A stretch of DNA of 64,000 bases from a virus. This document shows, piece by piece, positions 47,215-56,873 of the stretch. Position 1 is the first letter of the stretch, and each line of letters begins with the position of its first letter. The stretch is from the IMG/VR virus record IMGVR_UViG_3300037501_000166. The stretch is one strand, 5' to 3'. The notes beneath the pieces are model-generated. The model saw nothing but the letters and a program-made list of their open reading frames with translations, searched no databases and was not told where the DNA came from. A program made the translations under genes and the position numbers.

Positions 47215-47412
47215 ATGGATGAAACGTCAGTGAGAAGGGCGCTGCTCCGGGCCACTATCCGACCGGAGGACAACCAGCCCTTGGACCATGGGAAAGAGGG
47301 CTGGTGGGACGGCTTCCTCACGGGGGCATCTCTCGTGGGCCTGGCCGTCCTGCTCTACCCAGCGTATGAGCCGTGGTTGCTCTGGCTCAGAGCGGCCCTC
47401 AGTGGGCAGTGA
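47215..47412 (+). CDS. Small membrane protein (copy 2)
   Basis: Identical to 4708-4905. Confidence 0.55.
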   Translation: MDETSVRRALLRATIRPEDNQPLDHGKEGWWDGFLTGASLVGLAVLLYPAYEPWLLWLRAALSGQ

Positions 47413-47425
47413 AAGGAGGAGAAGA

Positions 47426-47815
47426 ATGTGCAACTCAGTCCATGAGAACTGGCGCGAGCCAAAGTGTCGAGATGGCAGGGGGTGGAAGTGGTGCAAAGCG
47501 AAGGATGACAACCTTACACCTTACTATGGAAGGGCTAAGGGGTACATACACGACGTAGAAGGGTGGATAACGTGGGACGAAAAGTTAAATTGGTTGGCGT
47601 TCGGAAGGTACCCTGTTGGGTTCTGTATATTTCCCAGCAAAGTGGAAGCTCTAAGGATGCAGGTATTTGCACCAGAAGCGCGCCTTCTCCACGTAGAGTA
47701 CGAAGATGCCATTGCTATACAGTATGAGCCTAACGCAATGGATGAGCAGGTATTAGAGATCATCCTAGTCCGTCGTTGGCGGCTCATTGAGGACCAGACC
47801 AGGAGCACCAGCTAA
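47426..47815 (+). CDS. Hypothetical protein (allele of 4919-5314)
   Basis: Two amino-acid changes and a different C-terminus. Confidence 0.7.
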   Translation: MCNSVHENWREPKCRDGRGWKWCKAKDDNLTPYYGRAKGYIHDVEGWITWDEKLNWLAFGRYPVGFCIFPSKVEALRMQVFAPEARLLHVEYEDAIAIQYEPNAMDEQVLEIILVRRWRLIEDQTRSTS

Positions 47816-47842
47816 TGGCTATAAATTGAAAGGAGGAAAGCC

Positions 47843-48175
47843 GTGAAGACCGTACGTGAGACGGAAGTGATAGTCTGCGACGTGTGTGGGGAGGAGGTAG
47901 TAATCGGTTATCGGTGCGAGGTGTGCGGGAAGGATTTCTGCTATAACCGCTGCAAGGATCTCATTATCGTATACCCCCACTCAACCTACGCATCTGGATA
48001 TGGCGATGGCATCTTCTGCCGGGACTGTGAGGCAGAATTGCTGAAGAACCCAACACCACGTTTTAAGGCATTGCAGCACATCACGAGGCTCAGATATGAG
48101 TCGGCACTGTGGCATGACCAATACAAGCAAAAGGAAGATTTGGCTAACGCCGCAGTTAAGAGGACACTGCCGTGA
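47843..48175 (+). CDS. Hypothetical Cys-rich protein specific to phage B
   Basis: GTG start after the AAGGAGG motif; CDVC, CEVC, CRDC. Confidence 0.7.
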   Translation: MKTVRETEVIVCDVCGEEVVIGYRCEVCGKDFCYNRCKDLIIVYPHSTYASGYGDGIFCRDCEAELLKNPTPRFKALQHITRLRYESALWHDQYKQKEDLANAAVKRTLP

Positions 48176-48198
48176 TTGTCAAGGATGGGAGGAAAGCC

Positions 48199-48555
48199 AT
48201 GAATCCGAGCATCAGGGCCTTCGAGGCACAGATGGAAGGAGATTGGACGCTGGAGATCCCCTGCGCCCGATGCACTGGGAACTTCCCCTTGACCTTGGAG
48301 TTGGAGGGGGCGCCGCGACTCTGCCCAGTCTGCGTGGATCAGATCCTCTTTGATGACGCGCCCTCGAAGGTGGAGCGGCGCATCCGAAGGGTCACCCACA
48401 GGCTGGAGGAGGAGAGGGCTAGACTGCTCGCTCGCGGGGAGAAACAGGCCGCCCGTATCATTACTCGGATGATCGGGGGGCTCTTCGTTTCGGCTCCCCT
48501 ACCATGGCACGAGGAGCCGCCCCTCCCGGCGTTCCTTCGCAAGCAAGCTGTTTAA
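48199..48555 (+). CDS. Zn-ribbon hypothetical protein, orthologue of 5758-6114
   Basis: Near-identical protein, diverged DNA. Confidence 0.75.
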   Translation: MNPSIRAFEAQMEGDWTLEIPCARCTGNFPLTLELEGAPRLCPVCVDQILFDDAPSKVERRIRRVTHRLEEERARLLARGEKQAARIITRMIGGLFVSAPLPWHEEPPLPAFLRKQAV

Positions 48556-48575
48556 CAGAAGAAGGGAGGATAGGG

Positions 48576-48839
48576 ATGAGTGACTTTAGCTATGAAACAT
48601 CAGGTCTGTGCCCTCACCATGGTCGCTTCTCCTATGACGACTCCCCAGATGGCTGCCCGTGGTGCCCACCGGAGCCCAGGTGGCTCTGTGAGACCTGCGG
48701 GGAGGACTTGGAGGAGCCCAGGACGTGCGCCTGGTGCGCGGCCTGGCTTTGCCCGGAGTGCACCCTCATGGTGGATGGGGAGAGGGTGTGCAAAGAGTGT
48801 ACCCATCCGAGTGAGGGGGGAAGGAGCGCGAGCGTATGA
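48576..48839 (+). CDS. Cys-rich protein, orthologue of 6135-6380
   Basis: Near-identical protein apart from the C-terminus. Confidence 0.7.
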   Translation: MSDFSYETSGLCPHHGRFSYDDSPDGCPWCPPEPRWLCETCGEDLEEPRTCAWCAAWLCPECTLMVDGERVCKECTHPSEGGRSASV

Positions 48840-49165
48840 ATCCAAGAGATCTATATATGAAGCTGCTTCATCGCTATGGGATCGACCCAGACTCAACCCA
48901 CGTAAGCCAAGTGCTCTACGATTTGGTGGAGGACAGTGACCTTCGCGCTATGGTCGCCTTCATAGGTGATACAGTAGCGAGCCGAGCGAATAACCAGGCT
49001 TTAGGGGGGATGGCTGTAGCATTGGCGGCTCTCATGTTCCGGGCTGGGTATGAGGAAGGGCATAAGGAGGGTATGGGGGGTGTTGTGAAATCGGGGACCA
49101 AGTTGGTTCTCCCTGACCCAGAAGAACTCTCAAAGCTGACGAGAGTGAAGGGAAAAAAAGGTTGA
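48836..49165 (+). CDS. Hypothetical protein
   Basis: ATGA coupling; RBS. Confidence 0.6.
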   Translation: MNPRDLYMKLLHRYGIDPDSTHVSQVLYDLVEDSDLRAMVAFIGDTVASRANNQALGGMAVALAALMFRAGYEEGHKEGMGGVVKSGTKLVLPDPEELSKLTRVKGKKG

Positions 49166-49188
49166 CCTAAGTAATTGGAGGGGGTGGA

Positions 49189-49467
49189 ATGAAAAAGTAC
49201 ATTAGACTTCGCGTGGATATAACGCCGGAGCTGGACGAGCGATACAACAGATATGTCGCCCATCATGGGTCCAAGACGTACCTCATCAGGCGTGCGCTGA
49301 TTGAATTTATTGACAGGCTGGATAGGGGAGAGCTGGAATATATGCCTTTTCCTAAGCTGAAGCGGATAGCTCCTGAACCTCCTCCCGAGCCCCCTATGAG
49401 GCCCCTACCTCCTAAGCCTAAGGAGAAACGGGCAGCTAGGATTACTGGGTTGGGGAAGAAGGCATGA
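49189..49467 (+). CDS. Ribbon-helix-helix (CopG/Arc-like) DNA-binding protein
   Basis: YIRLRVDITPELDERY...SKTYLIRRALIEFI pattern. Confidence 0.7.
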   Translation: MKKYIRLRVDITPELDERYNRYVAHHGSKTYLIRRALIEFIDRLDRGELEYMPFPKLKRIAPEPPPEPPMRPLPPKPKEKRAARITGLGKKA

Positions 49468-51902
49468 GAGAGTATCCAACCCAGGAAGAGTTGCTGGCCA
49501 GAGCCCATGCTGTATGGGATTGGCTGAAGTGGGTTCCCGGGGAAGGTGCAGCGGACGCCTGTGTAGCTCTCGTGGGAGAGGCCCCAGGAGCGGAGGAGGA
49601 TACTGAGGGGCGGCCCTTTGTAGGCAGAGCTGGGCAGTTACTGAACAGCATCCTGAGCAAGGTGGGGGTCTCCAGGGAAGATCTGTACATCACGAACTAC
49701 GTGAAGATCCGCCCTCCTGGAAACGTGCTGGCTGAATTAAGCCTGTTTGGGATCGCCCCCTCGGATTTCATGGAGATCCTGATTGAGGAGCTGGCCGCCC
49801 TCCCGAACCTGCGCGTGATCGTCCCAGTAGGAGGAACGGCCCTCACGGCCCTGACGGGATTGTCGGGTATCATGACATGGCGGGGCTCCCAAGTGGCCCC
49901 TCTTGATCCAAGGCTCTCCTATGCCGTCTGCGTGCCTACACTCCATCCAGCCGCTCTTCTGAGAGGCCGCTGGGAGGCCATCAAGGACGTAGTCGTGGAT
50001 ATTAGGAAGGCTTTGGGGATCGCACATGGGGAATGGAGAGGCACCCCAGCTGAATCAATTACGTTCATCCCAGAGCCTCACCAACTGGAGGAACTTCTGG
50101 CTTACCTGGAGGCGTTCAAGAAGGCCCCAGCATTCGCTTATGACATCGAAACGCAATTCGCTTCCCGGATCTCTGTGGTCGGCATGTATTCTCCAGAGGT
50201 TCCCCTGAGCGAGGGTTCAAGTACTCCTGTCACCCTTGTCATTCCATTCAAGCAGGGCCGCAAGAACGTCTGGTCTGAGGCTGATGAGCTGACCATCTGG
50301 TACAAGCTGCGGGAAGTCATGGGGAGCAGCGCGGTCAAGATCACGCAGAACGGCGTTTATGATATGGCCTTTCTCACTCCTTTGGTGGGTCTCCCGGCTC
50401 CTCCCTGGTTCGATACTATGCTGGCGCACGCCCTCATTGATCCAGAATCGCCCCATGATCTGGATTTCCTCACTACCACCTACACGCGGATGTCTCACTA
50501 CGCAGGAGATTTCAAGGACTGGAAGGACGGCTCCACCACTGTTGAGAGCATAGCGAAGAACCGCAAGGATGTCGTTGTTACGTATGAGGTCTTCCAAGCG
50601 TTGAAGGCAGACTTGGTCACCTTGGATCTTCATCGCTTCTTCCAAGGCTTCACCATGCCCGAGCAACGCGCCATGTTCATCGCGTCTCGCAGAGGGGCCG
50701 CTGTGGATCATCAGGAGAGGGAACGCCTCTTGAAGGCGGCTGAGGAGCGGGGGGAGCTGCTTCAGACCCGGATCAACGAGCAGATAGGGTATGAGCTGAA
50801 TGTGCGCTCCCCAATTCAGATGAATGATCTCCTTTACAAGAAGCTGAAGTTCCCCATACAGAGGAACAGGAAGACAAAGGAGGCCACTGGGGAGATCAAG
50901 GTGATCAGAAGGCTCCTGGCTTATCACGCGGATAAGCATCCTCAGGAAGTGAGAAATCTGCTTGAGGATATCATCTCTCTCAAGGAGCTGAAGAAGACCG
51001 TATCGAGCTACTTGAGCCCCAAGCTCTTCGATCCAGACGGGATACTGCGCTATGAATCTGTGCTATCTGGAACCGAGACTGGACGTATGTCAACCAGGAA
51101 GACCCCATTCAAGACTGGCCTCAACATTCAAACCGTTCCCGCTGAAGCACCCCAGGGGCTTCAGGAGCGTTACCCTGGGTGGGCGAGGCGGACCATTGTC
51201 CCCAGGAGGGGCTACTCCTTTATGCAGGCAGATGAATCCCAGGCAGAGGCAGTGACTGTGGCCTATCTGGCTAACTGCACGCCCCTCATCGAGCTATTCG
51301 CTGATCCAGAAGCGGACATCCACTCCACGGTAGCAGGATGGTCCACCGGGCAGGTAGTCCCCAAGGGAGAGCGTCATCCCCAAAGGAAGCTCTACAAGAA
51401 GGCCGTCCATGGAGGGAATTACGGGATCACAGCTGTTGCGTTTGCCATGGAACTCAACGTTTCCGTGAAGCAGGCGAGCGAAGTGCTGGAGAGGTACCAT
51501 GGGGCGCTCCCAGAGATACAAGCTTGGTGGGCAGCCCTCCGAAACGAGCTGATCAAGCAGAATCGAGTGCTCTACACCCCTTTAGGCCGCCGCAGGGTTT
51601 TCAAGAAGCGAATGGGCCAAGAGCTGTTCAAGGAACTGTACGCCTACAAGCCGCAATCCATCGTAGCTGATCTGGCGCATCACGCAGTGAACAAGCTCTG
51701 GTACATCTACCTGCCGAAAAACGCCTGGATCATCCAGCAGAGCCATGACTCTGTTCTGGTGGAGTACAAGAAGGGCCGGGGGATGGAGGAGCGGATGCGC
51801 CGAGTTATGGCAGACGCCTTCAACAAGGCTGTCTTGATAAACGGAAAATTCATGCGCGTCAGGATCGATATCGAATCCCTACCTGAGAGGTGGAGCAAAT
51901 GA
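49464..51902 (+). CDS. polA: Family A DNA polymerase with N-terminal family-4 uracil-DNA glycosylase domain
   Basis: UDG: VGEAPG, PFVGRAG, YITN, HPAALLR; exonuclease: YDIET, QNGVYD; polymerase: TGRMS, ADESQAE, KKAVHGGNYG, SHDS. Confidence 0.93.
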   Translation: MREYPTQEELLARAHAVWDWLKWVPGEGAADACVALVGEAPGAEEDTEGRPFVGRAGQLLNSILSKVGVSREDLYITNYVKIRPPGNVLAELSLFGIAPSDFMEILIEELAALPNLRVIVPVGGTALTALTGLSGIMTWRGSQVAPLDPRLSYAVCVPTLHPAALLRGRWEAIKDVVVDIRKALGIAHGEWRGTPAESITFIPEPHQLEELLAYLEAFKKAPAFAYDIETQFASRISVVGMYSPEVPLSEGSSTPVTLVIPFKQGRKNVWSEADELTIWYKLREVMGSSAVKITQNGVYDMAFLTPLVGLPAPPWFDTMLAHALIDPESPHDLDFLTTTYTRMSHYAGDFKDWKDGSTTVESIAKNRKDVVVTYEVFQALKADLVTLDLHRFFQGFTMPEQRAMFIASRRGAAVDHQERERLLKAAEERGELLQTRINEQIGYELNVRSPIQMNDLLYKKLKFPIQRNRKTKEATGEIKVIRRLLAYHADKHPQEVRNLLEDIISLKELKKTVSSYLSPKLFDPDGILRYESVLSGTETGRMSTRKTPFKTGLNIQTVPAEAPQGLQERYPGWARRTIVPRRGYSFMQADESQAEAVTVAYLANCTPLIELFADPEADIHSTVAGWSTGQVVPKGERHPQRKLYKKAVHGGNYGITAVAFAMELNVSVKQASEVLERYHGALPEIQAWWAALRNELIKQNRVLYTPLGRRRVFKKRMGQELFKELYAYKPQSIVADLAHHAVNKLWYIYLPKNAWIIQQSHDSVLVEYKKGRGMEERMRRVMADAFNKAVLINGKFMRVRIDIESLPERWSK

Positions 51903-52081
51903 GACCTAGAATGGAGCGGCCCCAAGAGTGGCGGGATTGGGAATGGAGCTGGTATCTTCTTGGCCAATGGGTTTGGGTTGTCGGGTATTTCCTGCTTGAA
52001 GTTATCTCCGTCCTGGGCATGCTACTCGTGCTCCTGGGAATAGGCTGGGGCGTAATCAGCACCATCAAGTCCTTCTTCTGA
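51890..52081 (+). CDS. Small membrane protein
   Basis: Two hydrophobic segments; overlaps the polA stop. Confidence 0.45.
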   Translation: MEQMRPRMERPQEWRDWEWSWYLLGQWVWVVGYFLLEVISVLGMLLVLLGIGWGVISTIKSFF

Positions 52082-52093
52082 AGCCAGAGCCAC

Positions 52094-53413
52094 ATGAGCA
52101 GGCAACGCTCCTCCCAAAGAGAGCCCCAGTCCAATCGGCGCTGCCCAGGCTCTTGGCTGGCACAATTCATGGAGTGGACCTCCGATTTGGAGAGCCCCCC
52201 AGCCTTCCGAACTTGGGTCGGTCTGTCTGTGCTGGCTGGCGCTCTGGGCCGGCGGGTCTTTGTCAGAGGTCTTGGGAAGAAGCTCACCTATCCCAATCTG
52301 TACGTAGTCCTTGTGGCCCCTCCTGGAAGATGCCGCAAGGGAGAGGCCATGGATGCCGGAGTGGGCCTCCTACGGGATTGGCGGGAGTACCTGCGAGTGC
52401 TCGCAGGCAAGCTCACCACGCCTGGGCTGTATGACGCCCTTCAGCAGGAAAGCCAGATCCGTCCCGAGGGGAGCGCGTCGATCTACATCTACGCCTCGGA
52501 GTTCACAGCCACCGTAAGCACGGACGCCGATATGGCCCGCTTCTTCAGAGACATGAATTTCCTGTGGGACCCCGAAGACGACTTCGATCTGATTCAGCGG
52601 AACCGCCGAAGCGCCTCTGGAGAATTCATCCCCATCAGGAATCACTGCCTGAATTTCCTTGGGGGAACTACCCCGGACGAACTCGGGGCCGTCAAGGGTT
52701 CTTCCATGGTCGGGGGAGGGTTCGCCTCAAGGACAATCTTCGTGGTCAGATATACACCAGGGCAATTTGTGGGAAGGACGCTGGCCACTGAGGAGGATCG
52801 ACGCAGGGAAGTGAACATCCGGGGAAGGCTCTCTGCTGATCTAGGGCACATCATCACGACCACCAGTCTTCAGGGAGAGATCCACGGGACTGAGGATGCC
52901 TGGAACTGGTACGTGGAGTGGAGAAGGCAGGCGGAAGAGATGCCTCCCACGGATGAGAGGCTGCTTCATTACCACTCCAGAAAACCGAAGCACATCTGGA
53001 AATTGGCCATGCTCCTGTCAATAGCCGAAAGCGACTGCATGGTCATCGAGCGTAGGCATATTGAGGCCGCCCTGCGGTTGATTGAGGACATCGAGCCTAC
53101 GATGTCTGATGTGTATGCGGGGATGGCTGATACGGAGCATGAAAGGTTGGTAAGGACTGTATACTCAGAAATTCTCAGGAACGGGAGTAGGATCAACGTA
53201 ACGGAATTGTCCAGGAGGATGAGCCACAAGATCGAACGAACGGCCTTGGCCCGCTTGATCACCCACATGAGAGCTTGTGGGCTTATCACCATAGACTCGG
53301 TCACTACGGGGAACGGCCCGCAGGCAGTGATAACCGCCTTACCTCTTGGAGGACAAAGCTGTGAGCGAATCGAAGGGGAAGCGATCACCGCGCCCCCTGG
53401 GAATCTCATTTAA
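52094..53413 (+). CDS. DUF3987/YfjI-like P-loop helicase-related replication protein
   Basis: SPPAFRTWVGLSVLAGALGRRVF, YPNLYVVLVAPPGRCRKG, NFLGGTTP, GGGFASR, HIWKLAM. Confidence 0.75.
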   Translation: MSRQRSSQREPQSNRRCPGSWLAQFMEWTSDLESPPAFRTWVGLSVLAGALGRRVFVRGLGKKLTYPNLYVVLVAPPGRCRKGEAMDAGVGLLRDWREYLRVLAGKLTTPGLYDALQQESQIRPEGSASIYIYASEFTATVSTDADMARFFRDMNFLWDPEDDFDLIQRNRRSASGEFIPIRNHCLNFLGGTTPDELGAVKGSSMVGGGFASRTIFVVRYTPGQFVGRTLATEEDRRREVNIRGRLSADLGHIITTTSLQGEIHGTEDAWNWYVEWRRQAEEMPPTDERLLHYHSRKPKHIWKLAMLLSIAESDCMVIERRHIEAALRLIEDIEPTMSDVYAGMADTEHERLVRTVYSEILRNGSRINVTELSRRMSHKIERTALARLITHMRACGLITIDSVTTGNGPQAVITALPLGGQSCERIEGEAITAPPGNLI

Positions 53414-53642
53414 CCCCAGAGCAAAACCCGAGCCCCCAGCTTACATGCGGCTGGGCCACCTGGCTGTGTGCGCCGTTCAGTGTCCGCTGTGCGGGACGGT
53501 GTTCACGGGAGCGGCCAGAGATGGGCGAGTAGTGAACACGGAGTGCCCTTTCTGCTTCAAGCGCCCCCGAGAATTCGTGCTGCTCAGGATCTGGAAGGCT
53601 TACACACCGGATGCTATCTGGGAGCCTGGGGGGTATCTTTGA
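53346..53642 (+). CDS. Small Zn-ribbon protein
   Basis: CPLC and CPFC; last gene before the converging structural operon. Confidence 0.5.
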   Translation: MEDKAVSESKGKRSPRPLGISFNPRAKPEPPAYMRLGHLAVCAVQCPLCGTVFTGAARDGRVVNTECPFCFKRPREFVLLRIWKAYTPDAIWEPGGYL

Positions 53643-53648
53643 TTGGAG

Positions 53649-56600
53649 CTACTTGGGAGGGGTAAGTGCCCTCTTGAACCTCTCCGCTCGTTCCTCTCCA
53701 ATGTCTCTGTAGTATTCCTTTGTGGCACGTGCGCGTGCTGCCTGCTTCATCTGCTTAATCATCCCCGGAGCCATTCCAACAGTCTTAGCCGTCTCAGTCA
53801 ACTCCCGGAGCTTGCGCCCTATGGAGGCCCCACGCATGCTCCGGTTTTTCTGGGCCAGGTAGACGTGCTCCATATCAGTCTGAATCTCGTGCTTCCACTG
53901 CTCTAGGGTCTTACCCAGATAGAGCATTTCAGGAATGGACCTCTCTCCGATCTTCCTCCCCATGGGGAATTTCTTGGAGGGGTCAGTCCTGGCTTCCATT
54001 GGGGGTTCTCCCTGGATTGCTCGGGCGGCAGGGCGCAGCAGGCGGGTCAGTGGAGGGGCCAGCCTCTCTGGGAAACGCTCCCTCCACTGCTGCCAATCCT
54101 CTCCTCCCCGATACGCTGCCATTCCTCCTCCGATAATCGGGCCTAGCGTGGGTCCGAACAGTTGCTCCACAGTTCCAGGAGGGTTCCAAGGCTCGATGGA
54201 TTTCTCCATGGAGATCCCGGGGCCTCGGAAGATCGCTCGTGACAGGGACTCGATAGGTCGGAGCCGTGGGAGATCGACACCCCAGGAGGTCATAGCGTGG
54301 TTCCGAATGGCCTCCCACAGCTCAGAGCCCAGAGGGAGGACACCCGCGCCTGTGAGAGCGGCTTGAAGGAGGAGGGACGTGCCGAGTTCTGTGTAGAGTT
54401 TGTTCTTCCACAGGTCGTTCAGATAATTCAGGTAGAAGGAAGAGTAGGATCGAAACTGGAAGGCCAGCTTGCCCATGGGGGTTCTGGTGATGAGCGGCAT
54501 CTGCTCCACGTTGTAGGCCCACTGGGTCCGGTCCACAATGTCCAAGGCGAAGTTCATGAGATTCTTGCCTCTGAGCGGCCCTTCCCCATACCCAAGGATC
54601 TTGACCAAGGGATGGCCTTCCTTAGCCATGCGGATGCCTACGTGGTAAGCAAAGGCCCTGTTCATATCCTCGGAAAACTTGGGAGCCCACCCAGCCCTTT
54701 CCAGAACACTGAAGACTCCCTTCATGGTCCCATGGCGCTTGAGCATTTCCTGAAAGGAAATCTCAGCTAACGGGGTAAATTCTGGGGTGATGGCCCCGGC
54801 GTATCTCGCTTCCCTCCAACTGTTCTTCTGGAGAGCTTGCAGGGCATCCGCCACGCCGTTGAAGTAAGCCCGAGGCCCTGCCAGGGAGTAGGTCAGGATG
54901 TTCTGGGAGGCGTTCACCAGGGGGAACCTTATCCAAGAGGTTCCGATCTTGAGCAGGTATTGGAGGGTGGTGATCCCGTCAATCGCCGTCTCGTAGGCGG
55001 TCCTAGCTTTCTCTGGAGAGATGCGGCCTCCTGATAGGTTACTGATGGACTGGGCCAGGTAAGATCGCTCACCCACACCGAGCATTCCCCGTTGAGCATT
55101 GATCCAGTCCCAGGTGTAATTCCGCAGAGACGCAAGCTCGGCAGTCTGGGGGATGTTCTTGAGGCTGTCTTTCACCATAGGGAGGAGCTGGTCGAAGTAC
55201 CTCTTCCTATAGGCCCCCTCGATGTAGTCCTCCAAGAGCCCAGTAATGCTGTCGTGCTTGGGGACGAGCGTGCTTTCCTCGGGGAGGACTTCTTTGAGAA
55301 CCCGGCGCTCCGTCAAGTTCCCGAAGCTCCCACCCCGGGCCAGTTCCCTAAGCCGAATGGCATCCATCTTGGTCCCGGCAGCCTCCAGCTTGTTGATCCT
55401 GGATTGAATCTCGGAGGCCGCCCGGCGCAGATCCTCGGCGTGTGCGGGAGAGGAGATCCGCATGGTCTGGATCTCTTCAAGCTGCTCCTCAAGCCCCTTC
55501 AGCCGCTCCCTGAGATCCACTGCCTCCCGCTTGACCCACATTCTGGGAAAGTAATCTCTGATGTACCCTACAGCAGGGTCTACAGATTTCACATCCACAT
55601 AGATTTTGGCGTTGAGCTTGAAGATCTCCTCAGCGGCCCTCCTGATGTTGGGAGGAATGGCCGCCCTCTGGATGTCATCCAGATCCCCATAATTGGAGAG
55701 ATAGTGGCTAAGAGGCTCCAGATCCGCTCGGTCATCGATCCGATATCGCTTAAGGATGCTATGGAGTTGGTTCTTGGCGACGTAGACCTTCCGCCGATGA
55801 TCTCTCCCAAGAAGAACGGCCGCTCTGTGGGCCGCCGCCGTGATGGGATGGCGCTCCATGACATGTCGAGAGGCGAGGACGCGGTTGAAGGCGCCGGGGA
55901 GGCGGCCTTTGACGGTCTCCACCGTGCCCGCCTTGGCCATTTCCCTCAAGGGGGAAAGCACCTTGTCACTGAATAGCTCTGCCTGCTCCAAGGCGTGAAG
56001 CCTGGAGGCTCTACCCGCGCTCCGTGCGTAGAGCCTGATCTCCCCCGGAGACAGCTCCTTCAGCTTGGCCCGAATCTCCGCTTTGGTCAGCGTCGTCGGA
56101 TCGGGGGGAAGTACGCCTTGGTCGATGGCCCGCTGCTGGAAGAAGACTGAGGGAGGAACCTGCCTTCGCATCTGCTTATACTTGGTATAGGCAGCTGGAT
56201 CTTCCTTAGCGAGCTGGGCCAGCCGTGCGTTCATCTCTGCTCGCTTGGGCATCCGCTCGCTCAATTCACTGTAGTGGGGGATCTGGACGGCGGCCCGCAG
56301 CTTGGCCTCTCCGGTCTCGGTGGCCGCCGAGACAGGAGCGCGGGGGAGCGTTCGGCCAGGCTCTGGAATGGCCTCTCGGGTTGGAGGCATCTCATGGAGT
56401 GGAGAGAGCGGGGTTTGAGGGGCCGCCTCAATGGCGGCACGAGCGGCCTCTTGGATTTTCGTGTCCAAGAAGCGCCGCTGAATCACCGGGTCTCCAGGCT
56501 TGAGGGAGAATGCGAAGTCGGAGTTCCCTACGTGGCGGGCGACCAGTTCCTCTGGCGTCCCCCCGAGTTCAATCCGAAACCCCTTGTTAGACAAGTAGTC

Positions 56601-56873
56601 CCAGATCTGATCCTTGCTGGGAAGAATCTCTGGGAGTTCCGCTGCGGGAGCCTCTGGAGGAGGAGCCTCCACGAGGGTGGACCCTCTGATGACCTGCCGA
56701 GGTGGAGGGGGAGCGGCCTCTTCCCCGAGCTGGGCGGCCCTTCCAATAGCAGTCTCAATGGGAGGCTTGATCGCCTGCCCAGCCTTAACCCGGGGAACGA
56801 CCGCCTCTCCCGCTTCCTGTAGGAATGGAAGGGTCCGCCGGGAGAGTCGGATCAGAGGCTCGAAGATGGGCAT
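53649..56873 (-). CDS. Large internal virion / DNA ejection protein (phage B)
   Basis: 1074 aa helical protein; C-terminal IVDRTQWAY...AFQFRSY pattern of podovirus internal proteins. Confidence 0.75.
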   Translation of the reverse strand: MPIFEPLIRLSRRTLPFLQEAGEAVVPRVKAGQAIKPPIETAIGRAAQLGEEAAPPPPRQVIRGSTLVEAPPPEAPAAELPEILPSKDQIWDYLSNKGFRIELGGTPEELVARHVGNSDFAFSLKPGDPVIQRRFLDTKIQEAARAAIEAAPQTPLSPLHEMPPTREAIPEPGRTLPRAPVSAATETGEAKLRAAVQIPHYSELSERMPKRAEMNARLAQLAKEDPAAYTKYKQMRRQVPPSVFFQQRAIDQGVLPPDPTTLTKAEIRAKLKELSPGEIRLYARSAGRASRLHALEQAELFSDKVLSPLREMAKAGTVETVKGRLPGAFNRVLASRHVMERHPITAAAHRAAVLLGRDHRRKVYVAKNQLHSILKRYRIDDRADLEPLSHYLSNYGDLDDIQRAAIPPNIRRAAEEIFKLNAKIYVDVKSVDPAVGYIRDYFPRMWVKREAVDLRERLKGLEEQLEEIQTMRISSPAHAEDLRRAASEIQSRINKLEAAGTKMDAIRLRELARGGSFGNLTERRVLKEVLPEESTLVPKHDSITGLLEDYIEGAYRKRYFDQLLPMVKDSLKNIPQTAELASLRNYTWDWINAQRGMLGVGERSYLAQSISNLSGGRISPEKARTAYETAIDGITTLQYLLKIGTSWIRFPLVNASQNILTYSLAGPRAYFNGVADALQALQKNSWREARYAGAITPEFTPLAEISFQEMLKRHGTMKGVFSVLERAGWAPKFSEDMNRAFAYHVGIRMAKEGHPLVKILGYGEGPLRGKNLMNFALDIVDRTQWAYNVEQMPLITRTPMGKLAFQFRSYSSFYLNYLNDLWKNKLYTELGTSLLLQAALTGAGVLPLGSELWEAIRNHAMTSWGVDLPRLRPIESLSRAIFRGPGISMEKSIEPWNPPGTVEQLFGPTLGPIIGGGMAAYRGGEDWQQWRERFPERLAPPLTRLLRPAARAIQGEPPMEARTDPSKKFPMGRKIGERSIPEMLYLGKTLEQWKHEIQTDMEHVYLAQKNRSMRGASIGRKLRELTETAKTVGMAPGMIKQMKQAARARATKEYYRDIGEERAERFKRALTPPK

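Larger units (their letters stand above)
42508..47808. repeat. Copy 2 of the 5.3-kb direct repeat
   Basis: Matches 1-5301 at offset 42507. Confidence 0.97.
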
